A DNA stretch of 64,000 bases from an uncultured Patescibacteria group bacterium (GTDB taxonomy: Bacteria > Patescibacteriota > Microgenomatia > UBA10105 > UBA927). The stretch lies in the NCBI GenBank assembly GCA_937921305.1, contig CAKZSU010000005.1, positions 74,740-138,739 of the forward strand, given 5' to 3'. Each line of letters opens with the position of its first letter. Position 1 is the first letter of the stretch. The notes under the pieces were generated by a model. The model saw only the letters and a list, made by a program, of their open reading frames with translations. It was not told the origin of the DNA and made no database searches. Position numbers and translations under genes: made by a program. Below are positions 33,250-42,714 of this stretch, piece by piece.

Positions 33250-35862
33250 ATGCGTAGTTTTTACGATATATTTCAAGAAAAATGGAGTCGTCGGAGGACG
33301 CCGATTCAACAACGCATCACCATTCTTCGCATTTTGACATTTATCGCTATCGCGTCGTTATTCCTTATTCTCTCTTCTTTCTTTGTTCTTCTTGGAGTGT
33401 TTGCATGGTACGCGCGAGATCTTCCTCGTCCAGATAAAGTGAAACGGCTTGATGGCGTGTCAACGATTATTTATGACCGCAATGGGAAGACATTGTATGA
33501 TATTTACAAAGATGAACATCGCATTCCCGTGAATCTTGACGATGTTCCTTTGGCGCTAAAGCAAGCGACTATCGCAATCGAAGATAAAGATTTTTATACC
33601 CATCAAGGATTGTCGTTTCCGGGTATTGCTCGTGCCATGGTGGGCATGATTCTCTTTCGCAATTATTCCTGGGGTGGCGGTTCGACGCTCACGCAACAAT
33701 TGGTAAAAAATGTGTTGTTAAACAATCAGCAAGTGTTGTCTCGAAAGATCAGAGAAGCGATTCTTGCGATTCAAATTGAGCGAAAATATTCAAAAGATGA
33801 AATTTTAACGATGTATCTTAACGAGGCGCCATACGGCGGTCCGGCGGTTGGCGTCGAAGCCGCGGCACAGTATTTTTTTGGAAAAAGCGTGAAAGAACTT
33901 ACCTTTCTTGAATCAATCGTTCTTGCCGGTCTTCCGCAGGCTCCAAGCAGATATAATCCGTTTACTTCTCAAGAAAAGTTATGGATTGGGAGAGCAGAAC
34001 ATGTGCTTCGACGAATGCGTGAAGATGGACATATCACGCCGCAAGCGGAAAAAGAAGCAAGAGAACAACTTCCCTTGCTTTCTTTTCGCAAAGAAGACAC
34101 AAGTTTTAAGGCGCCTCATTTTGTGTTGTATGTAAGAGATCAGCTCATTCGACAGTTTGGCGCCGAGCGTGTTGAAACGGGAGGACTTCGCGTGACAACG
34201 ACTCTAGATCTTGATTTGCAGGAACAGGCGGAAACAATTGTAAAAGAAGAGGTGAATAAGCTTCAACGACTTCGTGTCTCAAACGGTGCCACGGTTGTTC
34301 TGAATCCAAAAACAGGCGAAATTTTGGCGATGGTCGGAAGCAAAGACTATCATGATGCCAGCGAATCGGGAGGATTTAAATTTAATGTGGTGACGCAGGG
34401 GCTTCGACAGCCGGGTTCGACGATCAAGCCAATTATTTACGCTGCAGCCTTGCGAAAGGGATATACGCCAGCGACGGTTTTGATGGATGTTGACACGAAG
34501 TACCCTTCAGGCGATCCGAATAAACCTGAATATAATCCAAAAAATTATGATGGTAAGTTCCGCGGTCCGATGCATCTTCGGAACGCGCTTGGGAATTCGA
34601 TTAACACGATTGCCGTGAAAGTGACCGCGTTGGTTGGAGTGCGACAATCTCTGCAGTTGGCGTTTGATATGGGACTCAAGACGCTTGAACCAACGCAACA
34701 AAATTTGTCTCGCTTTGGCTTATCAATCGCTCTTGGTGGCGGGGAAGTGTATTTGTTGGATCTTGCGAGCGCGTTTGGCGTGTTCGCGACAGGCGGTCAG
34801 CGCGTTGATCCTGTTGCTATTTTGAAAGTGGAAGATATTAATGGAAAAGTGCTCTACGAATACAAACCTCCGCACCCAAAGCGCGTTCTTTCTGAAGATA
34901 TTGCATATCTCATTTCCGATATACTTTCTGATAATTCGGCTCGGCGTGATGTGTTTGGCGAACGATCGCTTCTTGTGATTCCCAACTATACCGTTGCCGT
35001 AAAAACAGGGACAACAGACGATAAGCGAGATAATTGGGCTATTGGCTACACTCCGTCGGTTGTTGTTGGCGCGTGGGTTGGCAATAATGATAATTCACCG
35101 ATGCATCCATCACTTGCGTCGGGTATTACCGGTGCGTCTCCAATATGGAACAGATTGATGACCGCCGCGCTTAAAGGGAAAAAGGACGAGTCATTCTTAA
35201 AACCAGACACGATTATCGAAATGGAGATTGATAGTCTGACGGGTGGACTTCCTATCGAAGGGTATCCAACGAGAAAAGAAAAATTTATTAAAGGCACAGA
35301 GCCGAAGACGATTTTTCTTATCGCGCAACGGTTGAAAGTGTCCATACAAGATGAATCTAAGTTAGCTAACCCGGTTGATATCGCAAAAGGCGAATATAGA
35401 GAACGATTATTTTTTGTGTTCAAAGAAGACGATCCGGTTTCCACTGATGGAAGAAATCGGTGGCAAGAAGCGATTGACGCATGGGCAAACGCGCAAGTTG
35501 ACCCGAAATTTAAGCCGCCGAGGGAAACGCAAACTATCACAGATCCGATTGTGATTATTATTCGCGAGCCAAGCGATATGAGCAGAATCAACAGCAATAC
35601 CGTTCGAGTGAGAGCGGATGCGACGGCAGAGAAAGAGGTGAGAAAAATTGAAGTATTTTTGGATGATGTGTTAATTCGCGATGCGAACGGGAGGACATTT
35701 TCTGATGATATTGAAATATCAAACGGTTCTCACAGAATTCGTGTTCGAGCAACCGATGTGGATGGCCGAACAGCAGAACGAACAGTCAAAATAGGAATCA
35801 ATCAAGAGTATTCCGATAGTCCCTTGCCAACGCCGACAGTAACGCCGTCTCCTGCTCCATAA
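33250..35862 (+). CDS. class A penicillin-binding protein (transglycosylase + transpeptidase) with C-terminal Ig-like extension
   Basis: GT51 motifs (IAIEDKDFYTHQG, GGSTLTQQLVKN). Transpeptidase SxxK (GSTIKP), SxN, KTG (KTGTT). 870 aa. Confidence 0.85.
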   Translation: MRSFYDIFQEKWSRRRTPIQQRITILRILTFIAIASLFLILSSFFVLLGVFAWYARDLPRPDKVKRLDGVSTIIYDRNGKTLYDIYKDEHRIPVNLDDVPLALKQATIAIEDKDFYTHQGLSFPGIARAMVGMILFRNYSWGGGSTLTQQLVKNVLLNNQQVLSRKIREAILAIQIERKYSKDEILTMYLNEAPYGGPAVGVEAAAQYFFGKSVKELTFLESIVLAGLPQAPSRYNPFTSQEKLWIGRAEHVLRRMREDGHITPQAEKEAREQLPLLSFRKEDTSFKAPHFVLYVRDQLIRQFGAERVETGGLRVTTTLDLDLQEQAETIVKEEVNKLQRLRVSNGATVVLNPKTGEILAMVGSKDYHDASESGGFKFNVVTQGLRQPGSTIKPIIYAAALRKGYTPATVLMDVDTKYPSGDPNKPEYNPKNYDGKFRGPMHLRNALGNSINTIAVKVTALVGVRQSLQLAFDMGLKTLEPTQQNLSRFGLSIALGGGEVYLLDLASAFGVFATGGQRVDPVAILKVEDINGKVLYEYKPPHPKRVLSEDIAYLISDILSDNSARRDVFGERSLLVIPNYTVAVKTGTTDDKRDNWAIGYTPSVVVGAWVGNNDNSPMHPSLASGITGASPIWNRLMTAALKGKKDESFLKPDTIIEMEIDSLTGGLPIEGYPTRKEKFIKGTEPKTIFLIAQRLKVSIQDESKLANPVDIAKGEYRERLFFVFKEDDPVSTDGRNRWQEAIDAWANAQVDPKFKPPRETQTITDPIVIIIREPSDMSRINSNTVRVRADATAEKEVRKIEVFLDDVLIRDANGRTFSDDIEISNGSHRIRVRATDVDGRTAERTVKIGINQEYSDSPLPTPTVTPSPAP

Positions 35863-35910
35863 AAGATTTTATATTGATAACACTCATAAAATGAATTGCA
35901 AGGAGAGAGG

Positions 35911-36222
35911 TTAATTTTGCGAGAGTTGTTGATCTTCAAGTATAGAGATCCGTTGTTCGTGATCTTCAAGTTGATCAGTGTGCTCTGATACGCGTCCAGA
36001 AAGAAGGGTTTGTTCTTCATCTACTTTTCTATATAAGCTAAAAAATGCATCTATTTTTTCAAAGATTTCATTTCTAAAAGCGCGTAACTTCTCTTCCAAC
36101 TTCTCTTCCAACTTTTGCTCTAACTTTTCTTCTAACTTTCTTTCGATAAGCTCTTCGATAATCGCGATATCTTTTTTAGTTAACATAATTCTACCATAGA
36201 ACTGATATCCGTTGTCTGTCAA
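35911..36222 (-). CDS. hypothetical coiled-coil protein with (EEKLE)n low-complexity repeat
   Basis: KLEEKLEQKLEEKLEEKL is encoded by a 15-bp tandem DNA repeat at ~36060-36130. Confidence 0.4.
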   Translation of the reverse strand: MTDNGYQFYGRIMLTKKDIAIIEELIERKLEEKLEQKLEEKLEEKLRAFRNEIFEKIDAFFSLYRKVDEEQTLLSGRVSEHTDQLEDHEQRISILEDQQLSQN

Positions 36223-36317
36223 TGACAGAAATATGAGAGGATTATTTTGGGTTGTGTTTTGTTGCGCTAAATATGTTTCAGCATCTAAGCGGTTGGGAAA
36301 AAATTATTTCTTTTAGA

Positions 36318-36357
36318 AAGTTCTCAGATCTTAAAATACATTCAGGATGACAGATAG
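36318..36357. repeat. copy of the hairpin/GATGACA repeat (ttctcagatcttaaaatacattcaggatgacagatagc)
   Basis: Shares TTCAGGATGACA with the other copies. The tcagatc portion resembles the 6211-6220 copy. Confidence 0.5.
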
Positions 36358-36387
36358 CAAAATGAGGAATTCCTTATCCTTCTTTAT

Positions 36388-38301
36388 TTAATCATTTGCA
36401 ACCGGTTCACGAACAGAATTGTTGAATTGGATATTGAAGCGGTTCACGATGCTGCGAATGAGATCTTCTCGGATTGGTCGCGTTTCTTCTGTCGAGATCG
36501 ATTTTGTTCGCTCTTGATACACAACGCGGAACGTCCGCTTGTTTTCATACGCGTCAAGAAGCGTCGCGTCCACGAGAAGCGGATGAAACGATCGAATCAT
36601 TTCGAGGATGTCTCCTGTTTTTGTGTCTGGATTCACAAGAAATGAGATATCTTCAATGATTGGCGGATGCGGAGGCGCGATGATATAAGGCTTTACTTCC
36701 GCTTTTTTTGCCACAAGAAGTTCATCAAGCGAATATTCGACAGCAAAGATTGTTGATTCGATTTGTTGAATGCGCGTGGTGTCCATTTGAATTCCAAGGT
36801 ATTCTGAAAACGCTTCAATGGTGCCCTTGAGATCAAAGTAAGAAATCGGCCGCGGCGTTTTTCCGTAGGATCGAGTGTCTATGACGCCAGTCATCACGAT
36901 GCCAAGCCGTCGTTCTTCTGTGTATGTGCCATTGTTGTTGAAAAATACGTTTCCAAGTTCAAAAATTGCAACCCGTTCCATTCGTTCATTGAGTAATCGT
37001 TTGGCGTAGTTGATGAGGTTTGGTATAAGCGAAGGGCGAAGCGTTGCCATTGCGGGGTCTGGCGGATTTTCGAGGTGAATCGTTGACGGATCATGTATCG
37101 TGGGAACGAATGATGAGGTAATTACCTCATTGAGGTGAAGCTTCACAAGAATGTCTCGAATGTCATCTTCTTGTTTTATGCGTGGTGATGTTTGTTCCGG
37201 CGGAATTTCTCCATTGAGTAGCATTGGGTGGATTGCTTCGTATCCATGAATGCGAAGTATCTCTTCAACGAGATCTGCCGATCCTTCGATATCTGTTCGA
37301 AAGGTCGGAACAGTGACAAGAAACCGATTAGATTCTGAGTGGACAGAACATCCGAGGCGTTCCAAGATTTCTCTTTGGGTAGATGGCGGAATAGCAAGTC
37401 CGCTGAGCCGTTCTGTTTCTGTTATTGGAAGGTCTATGCTTGGTGCAGTCTTTGGCGTTGGATAATAGTCTACGACATTCGATGTCGCTTCGGCGTTTGC
37501 GTGGCGTTTGAGGAGGAAGAGCGCTCGAGCCAGAGCAAATGATGTCTCATGTGGATCGAGATGTTTTTCAAGTCTTGTTCCCGCTTCTGTTCGAATACCA
37601 AGTCGCCTGCTTGTTCGTCGAACACTTGCATAGTTATAGACTGCGGCTTCAAGCAAAATTTCTTTTGTTATTTTTGTCGTTCCTGATGTTCTGCTTCCTA
37701 CAAGGGTGATTGCTTGAGGAGACTGTTCGTCAGCAAGCGTGAGATCTTCCGTGGAAAGTGTGATGGTTTCTCCCATGAATGTTGTCATTTGTTCTTTGTC
37801 TTTTGCTCTCCTGACAACAAGGTGGTTGCCTTGAAGCGCGTGCAGATCAAACGCATGAATCGGGATGCCGGTTTCAATCATGACATAATTTGTGATATCC
37901 ACCACATTATTAATCGATGTCATGCCATATAACGCGAGGCGTTTTGCAAGCCATTCTGGCGACGGTCCAACGCGGACAGTTGCAGTAAAGGCGGTAAACC
38001 GATGGACAAGATCCGGGGCTTCAACGGTAATAAGTGTTGATTTCGGATCTCCATTCGGTAACAACTCAACTTCTGGAAGACGAATCGGCGTGTTCCACGC
38101 CGTGCCTATGTCTCTTGCGATACCAATCAATCCAAAGAGATCTGCCCTGTTTCCTCGCAATTCTAAGTCAATGACGGTTTCTCCATTGGTATTAATCGTT
38201 TTATCGAGCATATGCCCGATCATTGTGAGTCGATGCGTGAACTCATGAAAATCCGATGGCAGACTGACATAGTCAGAGAGCCATGAGAGCGGCACATTCA
38301 T
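36388..38301 (-). CDS. pheT: phenylalanyl-tRNA synthetase beta subunit
   Basis: MNVPLSWLSDYV N-terminus, B3/4 and B5 domains, 637 aa (compact form). Confidence 0.9.
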   Translation of the reverse strand: MNVPLSWLSDYVSLPSDFHEFTHRLTMIGHMLDKTINTNGETVIDLELRGNRADLFGLIGIARDIGTAWNTPIRLPEVELLPNGDPKSTLITVEAPDLVHRFTAFTATVRVGPSPEWLAKRLALYGMTSINNVVDITNYVMIETGIPIHAFDLHALQGNHLVVRRAKDKEQMTTFMGETITLSTEDLTLADEQSPQAITLVGSRTSGTTKITKEILLEAAVYNYASVRRTSRRLGIRTEAGTRLEKHLDPHETSFALARALFLLKRHANAEATSNVVDYYPTPKTAPSIDLPITETERLSGLAIPPSTQREILERLGCSVHSESNRFLVTVPTFRTDIEGSADLVEEILRIHGYEAIHPMLLNGEIPPEQTSPRIKQEDDIRDILVKLHLNEVITSSFVPTIHDPSTIHLENPPDPAMATLRPSLIPNLINYAKRLLNERMERVAIFELGNVFFNNNGTYTEERRLGIVMTGVIDTRSYGKTPRPISYFDLKGTIEAFSEYLGIQMDTTRIQQIESTIFAVEYSLDELLVAKKAEVKPYIIAPPHPPIIEDISFLVNPDTKTGDILEMIRSFHPLLVDATLLDAYENKRTFRVVYQERTKSISTEETRPIREDLIRSIVNRFNIQFNNSVREPVAND

Positions 38302-38304
38302 AGA

Positions 38305-39321
38305 TTACTCCTTGTACATAATATCGCCGTTGTAAAGGGATCGGATATCGTTGATTCCGTATCGTTGCATAACAATTCGATCTAATCCCATTCCCCACGC
38401 GAATCCGCTGATAACGCTTGGGTCGTGTCCCACGCGTCGTAACATGTTTGGATGAATCATGCCAGCGCCGAGCATCTCGATCCATCCTCTTCCCTTGCAT
38501 ACCGCGCATCCTTTTTTCTTGCAAAACGCGCAAGAAATGTCGACGCCGACGCCGGGTTCAACTTCCGGGTAGTATTTACAACGAAATCGCGTTTCTCGAT
38601 CGTTGCCAAAGAATTTTTTTATAAATGTGTCCAGTGTTCCTTTTAAGTGCGCCATGGTGATGTCTGTTCCTACGGCAAGTCCTTGATATTGATAAAACAT
38701 AATATTATTTGAGGCGTTGACATTTTCGTATCGATAGACTTTGCCGGGAATGACAAATCGATAGGGAGGCGTAAAGTCTTGAAGGATATGCGCCTCCACT
38801 GACGAGGTATGAGTTCTCAGGATATACGGAGAATCTTTGAGATGCAGCGTGTCTTGCAAATCTCTTGCCGGATGATCAAGAGGAAGATTGACGCGGTCGT
38901 AATTGTACTCGTCTGTTTCGATTTCTGGTCCGTCGTATACAGAGAAGCCCATGTATTTGAAAATCTCATTCATTTCATGAATGACGATTGTTGTTGGATG
39001 ATAATGACCGATGGTAGGACGGTGTCCTGGCATTGTCATGTCAATATTAGACAGGTTGTCTTCTTTTTCCTCTTGCTTTTCATCGATTGCATATTCGATT
39101 GCGCGTTTTGTCTTGTTGAGTAGTTGTCCAGCTGTTGCTCGGTCTTCTTTTGGAAGCGTTGCAATAAATTTCGATAGTTTCGCAAATTTGCTTTTTGGTC
39201 CAAGCAGTGTATGTCGGAGTAGTCCTTTTTCTTGTTCTGATTGGTGGATGTATGTAATTGCGTCTTGTTCGAGTGTTTGCAATGACTGAATAAGACGTTC
39301 CAGTGAAAGCGTTTGGTTCAT
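38305..39321 (-). CDS. pheS: phenylalanyl-tRNA synthetase alpha subunit
   Basis: Class II aaRS motifs (HPARDLQDT, FRCKYYPEVEPGVGVD, GAGMIHP). Confidence 0.9.
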   Translation of the reverse strand: MNQTLSLERLIQSLQTLEQDAITYIHQSEQEKGLLRHTLLGPKSKFAKLSKFIATLPKEDRATAGQLLNKTKRAIEYAIDEKQEEKEDNLSNIDMTMPGHRPTIGHYHPTTIVIHEMNEIFKYMGFSVYDGPEIETDEYNYDRVNLPLDHPARDLQDTLHLKDSPYILRTHTSSVEAHILQDFTPPYRFVIPGKVYRYENVNASNNIMFYQYQGLAVGTDITMAHLKGTLDTFIKKFFGNDRETRFRCKYYPEVEPGVGVDISCAFCKKKGCAVCKGRGWIEMLGAGMIHPNMLRRVGHDPSVISGFAWGMGLDRIVMQRYGINDIRSLYNGDIMYKE

Positions 39322-39399
39322 AAGACACTATTATACTATATTATTATATGGCATCCACTGAGATGGAGATGATGAAAAAATATGAATAGAGCGATACTT

Positions 39400-39747
39400 T
39401 TATCGAAGTTTTTCTACGATGGCTTGAAAGGTTTTTGGAGATTCAACGATGAGATGCGCAAGCATTTTTCGATCGAGTTGAATGTTCGCGTCTTTCAGTT
39501 TCTTGATGAATACGCTGTATCTCATTCCCTGCTGTTTCACCGCTTCGGAGATTCGTACGATCCACAGTTGTCGGAAATTTCGTTTTCGTTGTTTTCGTCC
39601 TGCAAATGCGTATTCACTAGCGTGAAGATGCGCTTCTGTTGCGACTTTGATCAGTCGCCGTTTAGTCATGCGATATCCTTTGTTCGCTTTTAAGATTTTT
39701 TTATGTTTTGCGTGTGAAGTGACGCCTCGTTTTACTCTCATATACAA
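39400..39747 (-). CDS. rplT: 50S ribosomal protein L20
   Basis: RVKRGVTSHAKHKKILKANKGYR...RRNFRQLWIVRI. Confidence 0.9.
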   Translation of the reverse strand: MYMRVKRGVTSHAKHKKILKANKGYRMTKRRLIKVATEAHLHASEYAFAGRKQRKRNFRQLWIVRISEAVKQQGMRYSVFIKKLKDANIQLDRKMLAHLIVESPKTFQAIVEKLR

Positions 39748-39935
39748 ATCTCCTGTTTAATCATGGTTGCAAATTTTGTGTTCGTCAGGACTTTTGGAGC
39801 GTCTTGTCTTCTCTGTCTTGCTTTGCTTTTCTTTCGTCGAAGATGCCTCGCTCCTTTTGTTCGATGAATCACTTTTCCTGTTTTTGTAACCTTAAATCGT
39901 TTCGCCGCGATTTTTCGTGTTTTTAGTTTTGGCAT
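39738..39935 (-). CDS. rpmI: 50S ribosomal protein L35
   Basis: MPKLKTRKIAAKRFKVTKTGKV...RHLRRKK. Confidence 0.85.
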   Translation of the reverse strand: MPKLKTRKIAAKRFKVTKTGKVIHRTKGARHLRRKKSKARQRRQDAPKVLTNTKFATMIKQEICI

Positions 39936-39939
39936 ATTA

Positions 39940-40482
39940 TTAATTTTTTTTATCTCTCGCCATAATGGCGGTGATCATTCTCCCCTCCATACGTGGCTCT
40001 CGAACAATTTTAACATGCTCAAGCTGTCGTATAAACTGATTGATAACGCTAAATCCAAATTCTTTTTTTGTCACTTCTCGTCCTTTAAAGAGTAATGTAA
40101 TCTTTACTTGATTGCCTTGTTCTAAAAATTCTTTCGCTTGTTTTAGTCTGGTCTGAAGATCGTTTTGCGCGATAAATGGTCGCAATCTGATCTCTTTAAC
40201 GCCGACATTTTTTTGCGTTTTTTTCGCTTCTCGTTCTTTTTTCGCCTCTTGATACTTAAATTTTTTATAATCGATGAGTTTTGCCACCGGAGGATTGGCG
40301 TTCGGCGCTATTTCTACCACATCAACATTTCGTTCTTTCGCCTTTTGTAGGGCTTCTAGTTTACTGACTACTCCGATTTGCTTTCCGTCTTCGTCAATAA
40401 TACGGAGCGTCGGACTCGTGATTTGATAGTTGACGCGATAAAAAAATTTTTGCTGAACTGGTTTTTTATGTTGTATTCTCAA
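39940..40482 (-). CDS. infC: translation initiation factor IF-3
   Basis: NYQITSPTLRIIDEDGKQIGVVS...VDVVEIAPNANPPVAKLIDYKKFKY. ATGA overlap with the thrS stop. Confidence 0.85.
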   Translation of the reverse strand: MRIQHKKPVQQKFFYRVNYQITSPTLRIIDEDGKQIGVVSKLEALQKAKERNVDVVEIAPNANPPVAKLIDYKKFKYQEAKKEREAKKTQKNVGVKEIRLRPFIAQNDLQTRLKQAKEFLEQGNQVKITLLFKGREVTKKEFGFSVINQFIRQLEHVKIVREPRMEGRMITAIMARDKKN

Positions 40483-42239
40483 TCTTCCGATGCTAGTCGC
40501 TTCATGAATGCCTCAAGCGTCATCGCCTTGAGGTCTCCATGATCTCGACTTCTCACAGAAATTGTATGTGAGGCGACTTCACGATCTCCTATTATACCTA
40601 AATAAGGAACTTTTTGTAAAGTGTGCGTTCGTATTTTTGCTTGCATCGGGTAGTCTTTGTCATCGACAAGAACACGATGCCCTTTCTCTTGAAGCGTTTT
40701 GGCGTAAGTTCGCGCATGATTTACGTGCTTTTCAGAAATTGGGATAAGAACAACTTGAATTGGCGCCAGCCATGTGGGAAACGCTCCGCCATAATGTTCG
40801 ATAAGAAACGCGATGATTCGTTCTATCGCGCCGATAGACGAACGGTGGATGACAACTGTTTCCTCCTCTTTTCCTTGTTCATTAATGTAAGTGAGATGAA
40901 ACCGTTTTGGCATGACAAAGTCGTACTGTACAGTGAACGCGGTATCTTCTTTTTCGTTCGCATTTTGCATTTGGATGTCGATTTTTGGTCCATAAAACGC
41001 CGCTTCTCGTTTTGCTTCAAAATATTCGGCGGATCGCTCTTGAAGGACTTCTCGAAGAATATTCTCCGCGAAGTCCCATGACGCGTCATCTTTGTAGTAT
41101 TTTTTTTCATCTGCTCGATTGCCGAGGGATAAACGGTATCGATAGTGTTTCCCTTGTTCAAGCCCAAGTTTTTTGCAGACGAAGTCAATCAAGTCAAGTA
41201 CAGCATGCGCTTCGCTTTTCGCTTGCGATGGTCTGCAAATGATATGCGCGTCGGCAAGACAAAAGGTTCGCACGCGAAGAAGCCCCATAAGTTCTCCCGA
41301 TTGTTCGTATCGATAGAGTTGGGCGAGTTCCGCGAATCGAATAGGAAGGTCTCGATAACTATGTTGTTCGCTTAGATATAATTCAAAATGATGCGGGCAA
41401 GTCATGGGGCGAAGCATGTATTCTTCGTCGTCAATGACAATTGGGGCGTACATTGAATCTTTGTAGTACGGATAATGTCCAGATTTTTTATAGAGCGCGA
41501 GGTTTGCGATATCTGGCGTATAGACATGCAAGTACCCTCGTTTTAGTTCCTCGTCCACGATAAATCGTTCAAGAATTCTCCGAATGGTCGCTCCTTTTGG
41601 GGTGAACATTGGCAATCCTTTGCCGACCGTTTCTGAAAAAGTGAACAGTCCGAGTTCTTTTCCAAGTTTTTTGTGATCTCGTTTTTTCGCTTCTTCAAGC
41701 TGACAAAGATACGCATCTAGTTCTTCTTTTGTTGGAAAACATGTGCCGTAGATCCGGGTTAACATGGGATTTTTTTCATTCCCTCGCCAATACGCTCCGG
41801 CAATAGAGAGGAGCTTAAAATGCTTCAATTCTTCGTTTGGTCTTTTGCAATGACCTCCTTTGCACAGATCCCAATAGTCTCCGGATTTATAAAAAGTTAC
41901 GAGCTTTTTCCCTTGCTCTGAAAATTCATCAATCAGTTCATGTTTATACGGATTATTGGGAAACTCTTGCTTCGCTTGTTCAGCGGCGAGTTCGTGTCGT
42001 TCAAACGATGTCCATGTTGAGACAATTTCTCGCATGGTTTCTTCAATTTTTAGGAAATCCCGCTCCGAGATTGGGTGCTCAAATTCAAAATCAAAATAAA
42101 ATCCATTGTCTATCGCCGGTCCGATGGCGCGTTTCGTATTTGGCCAGAGTTTCATCACCGCAGACGCGAGCAAATGCGCGCAAGAGTGGCGAAGATTTGC
42201 AAGATACTCGTCTTGCGGTGGTTGCTGTTGTTTCGTCAT
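40479..42239 (-). CDS. thrS: threonyl-tRNA synthetase (short form lacking the N-terminal TGS domain)
   Basis: Editing-domain HxxxH (RHSCAHLLA), class II core, C-terminal anticodon-binding domain; 586 aa. Confidence 0.9.
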   Translation of the reverse strand: MTKQQQPPQDEYLANLRHSCAHLLASAVMKLWPNTKRAIGPAIDNGFYFDFEFEHPISERDFLKIEETMREIVSTWTSFERHELAAEQAKQEFPNNPYKHELIDEFSEQGKKLVTFYKSGDYWDLCKGGHCKRPNEELKHFKLLSIAGAYWRGNEKNPMLTRIYGTCFPTKEELDAYLCQLEEAKKRDHKKLGKELGLFTFSETVGKGLPMFTPKGATIRRILERFIVDEELKRGYLHVYTPDIANLALYKKSGHYPYYKDSMYAPIVIDDEEYMLRPMTCPHHFELYLSEQHSYRDLPIRFAELAQLYRYEQSGELMGLLRVRTFCLADAHIICRPSQAKSEAHAVLDLIDFVCKKLGLEQGKHYRYRLSLGNRADEKKYYKDDASWDFAENILREVLQERSAEYFEAKREAAFYGPKIDIQMQNANEKEDTAFTVQYDFVMPKRFHLTYINEQGKEEETVVIHRSSIGAIERIIAFLIEHYGGAFPTWLAPIQVVLIPISEKHVNHARTYAKTLQEKGHRVLVDDKDYPMQAKIRTHTLQKVPYLGIIGDREVASHTISVRSRDHGDLKAMTLEAFMKRLASED

Positions 42240-42277
42240 ATAATGCTCCTTATTATATCCATGATTGTATGATCAGA

Positions 42278-42532
42278 CTAGCTGGATGTTCTATCTTTCG
42301 CGTAAAACTTAAGATGATCTTTATCCTTGACCTTTTGTAATTCTGGTATTGCCATGGACGCGACATCGAGCCATGATTTCTCCGGATACAATTCCTTGTA
42401 ATAATCGATTACGCTCATTGCCTCGTTTCCTTTTTGAGGATCGGCAAAAAACATAACCGTGTTTGTGGTCGGATCATATACAACATCATCTGACCAATGC
42501 ACAATGTGGCTCATAAGATGTTCCTTTCTCAT
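42278..42532 (-). CDS. small hypothetical protein
   Basis: 84-aa ORF, no recognised family. The start is probably the internal ATG (MSHIV), preceded by AAGGAA. Confidence 0.4.
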   Translation of the reverse strand: MRKEHLMSHIVHWSDDVVYDPTTNTVMFFADPQKGNEAMSVIDYYKELYPEKSWLDVASMAIPELQKVKDKDHLKFYAKDRTSS

Positions 42533-42587
42533 CTCTCCGCTTCTTTGTTGGAGAGATGTGTCGTGGGTCTTTTTAGAAGGGAAAACC

Positions 42588-42637
42588 TACCACACCGCTC
42601 CCCAACGAGGAGTGGGAGCAAATCTGTTTTGTGGTAG
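42588..42637. other. nested GC-rich hairpin in the divergent intergenic region (possible 5' leader structure)
   Basis: CTACCACAccGCTCCCcaacgaggagtGGGAGCaaatctgttttgTGGTAG: outer 8-bp and inner 6-bp stems. Confidence 0.3.
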
Positions 42638-42714
42638 CAAGAAGACGATGCGAATTTCGCATATAGTTTTACTATAGAGTATACAAAAGAAAAAGTAAAG
42701 AGTATCGTAGAAGT

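Noticed and set aside
36060-36130. Tandem 15-bp DNA repeat (cttctcttccaacttctcttccaacttttgctctaactttt...) that could be mistaken for a CRISPR-like array
   Set aside because: The period is far too short for CRISPR. It lies inside an ORF and encodes the (EEKLE)n coiled-coil. There are no spacers of unique sequence.
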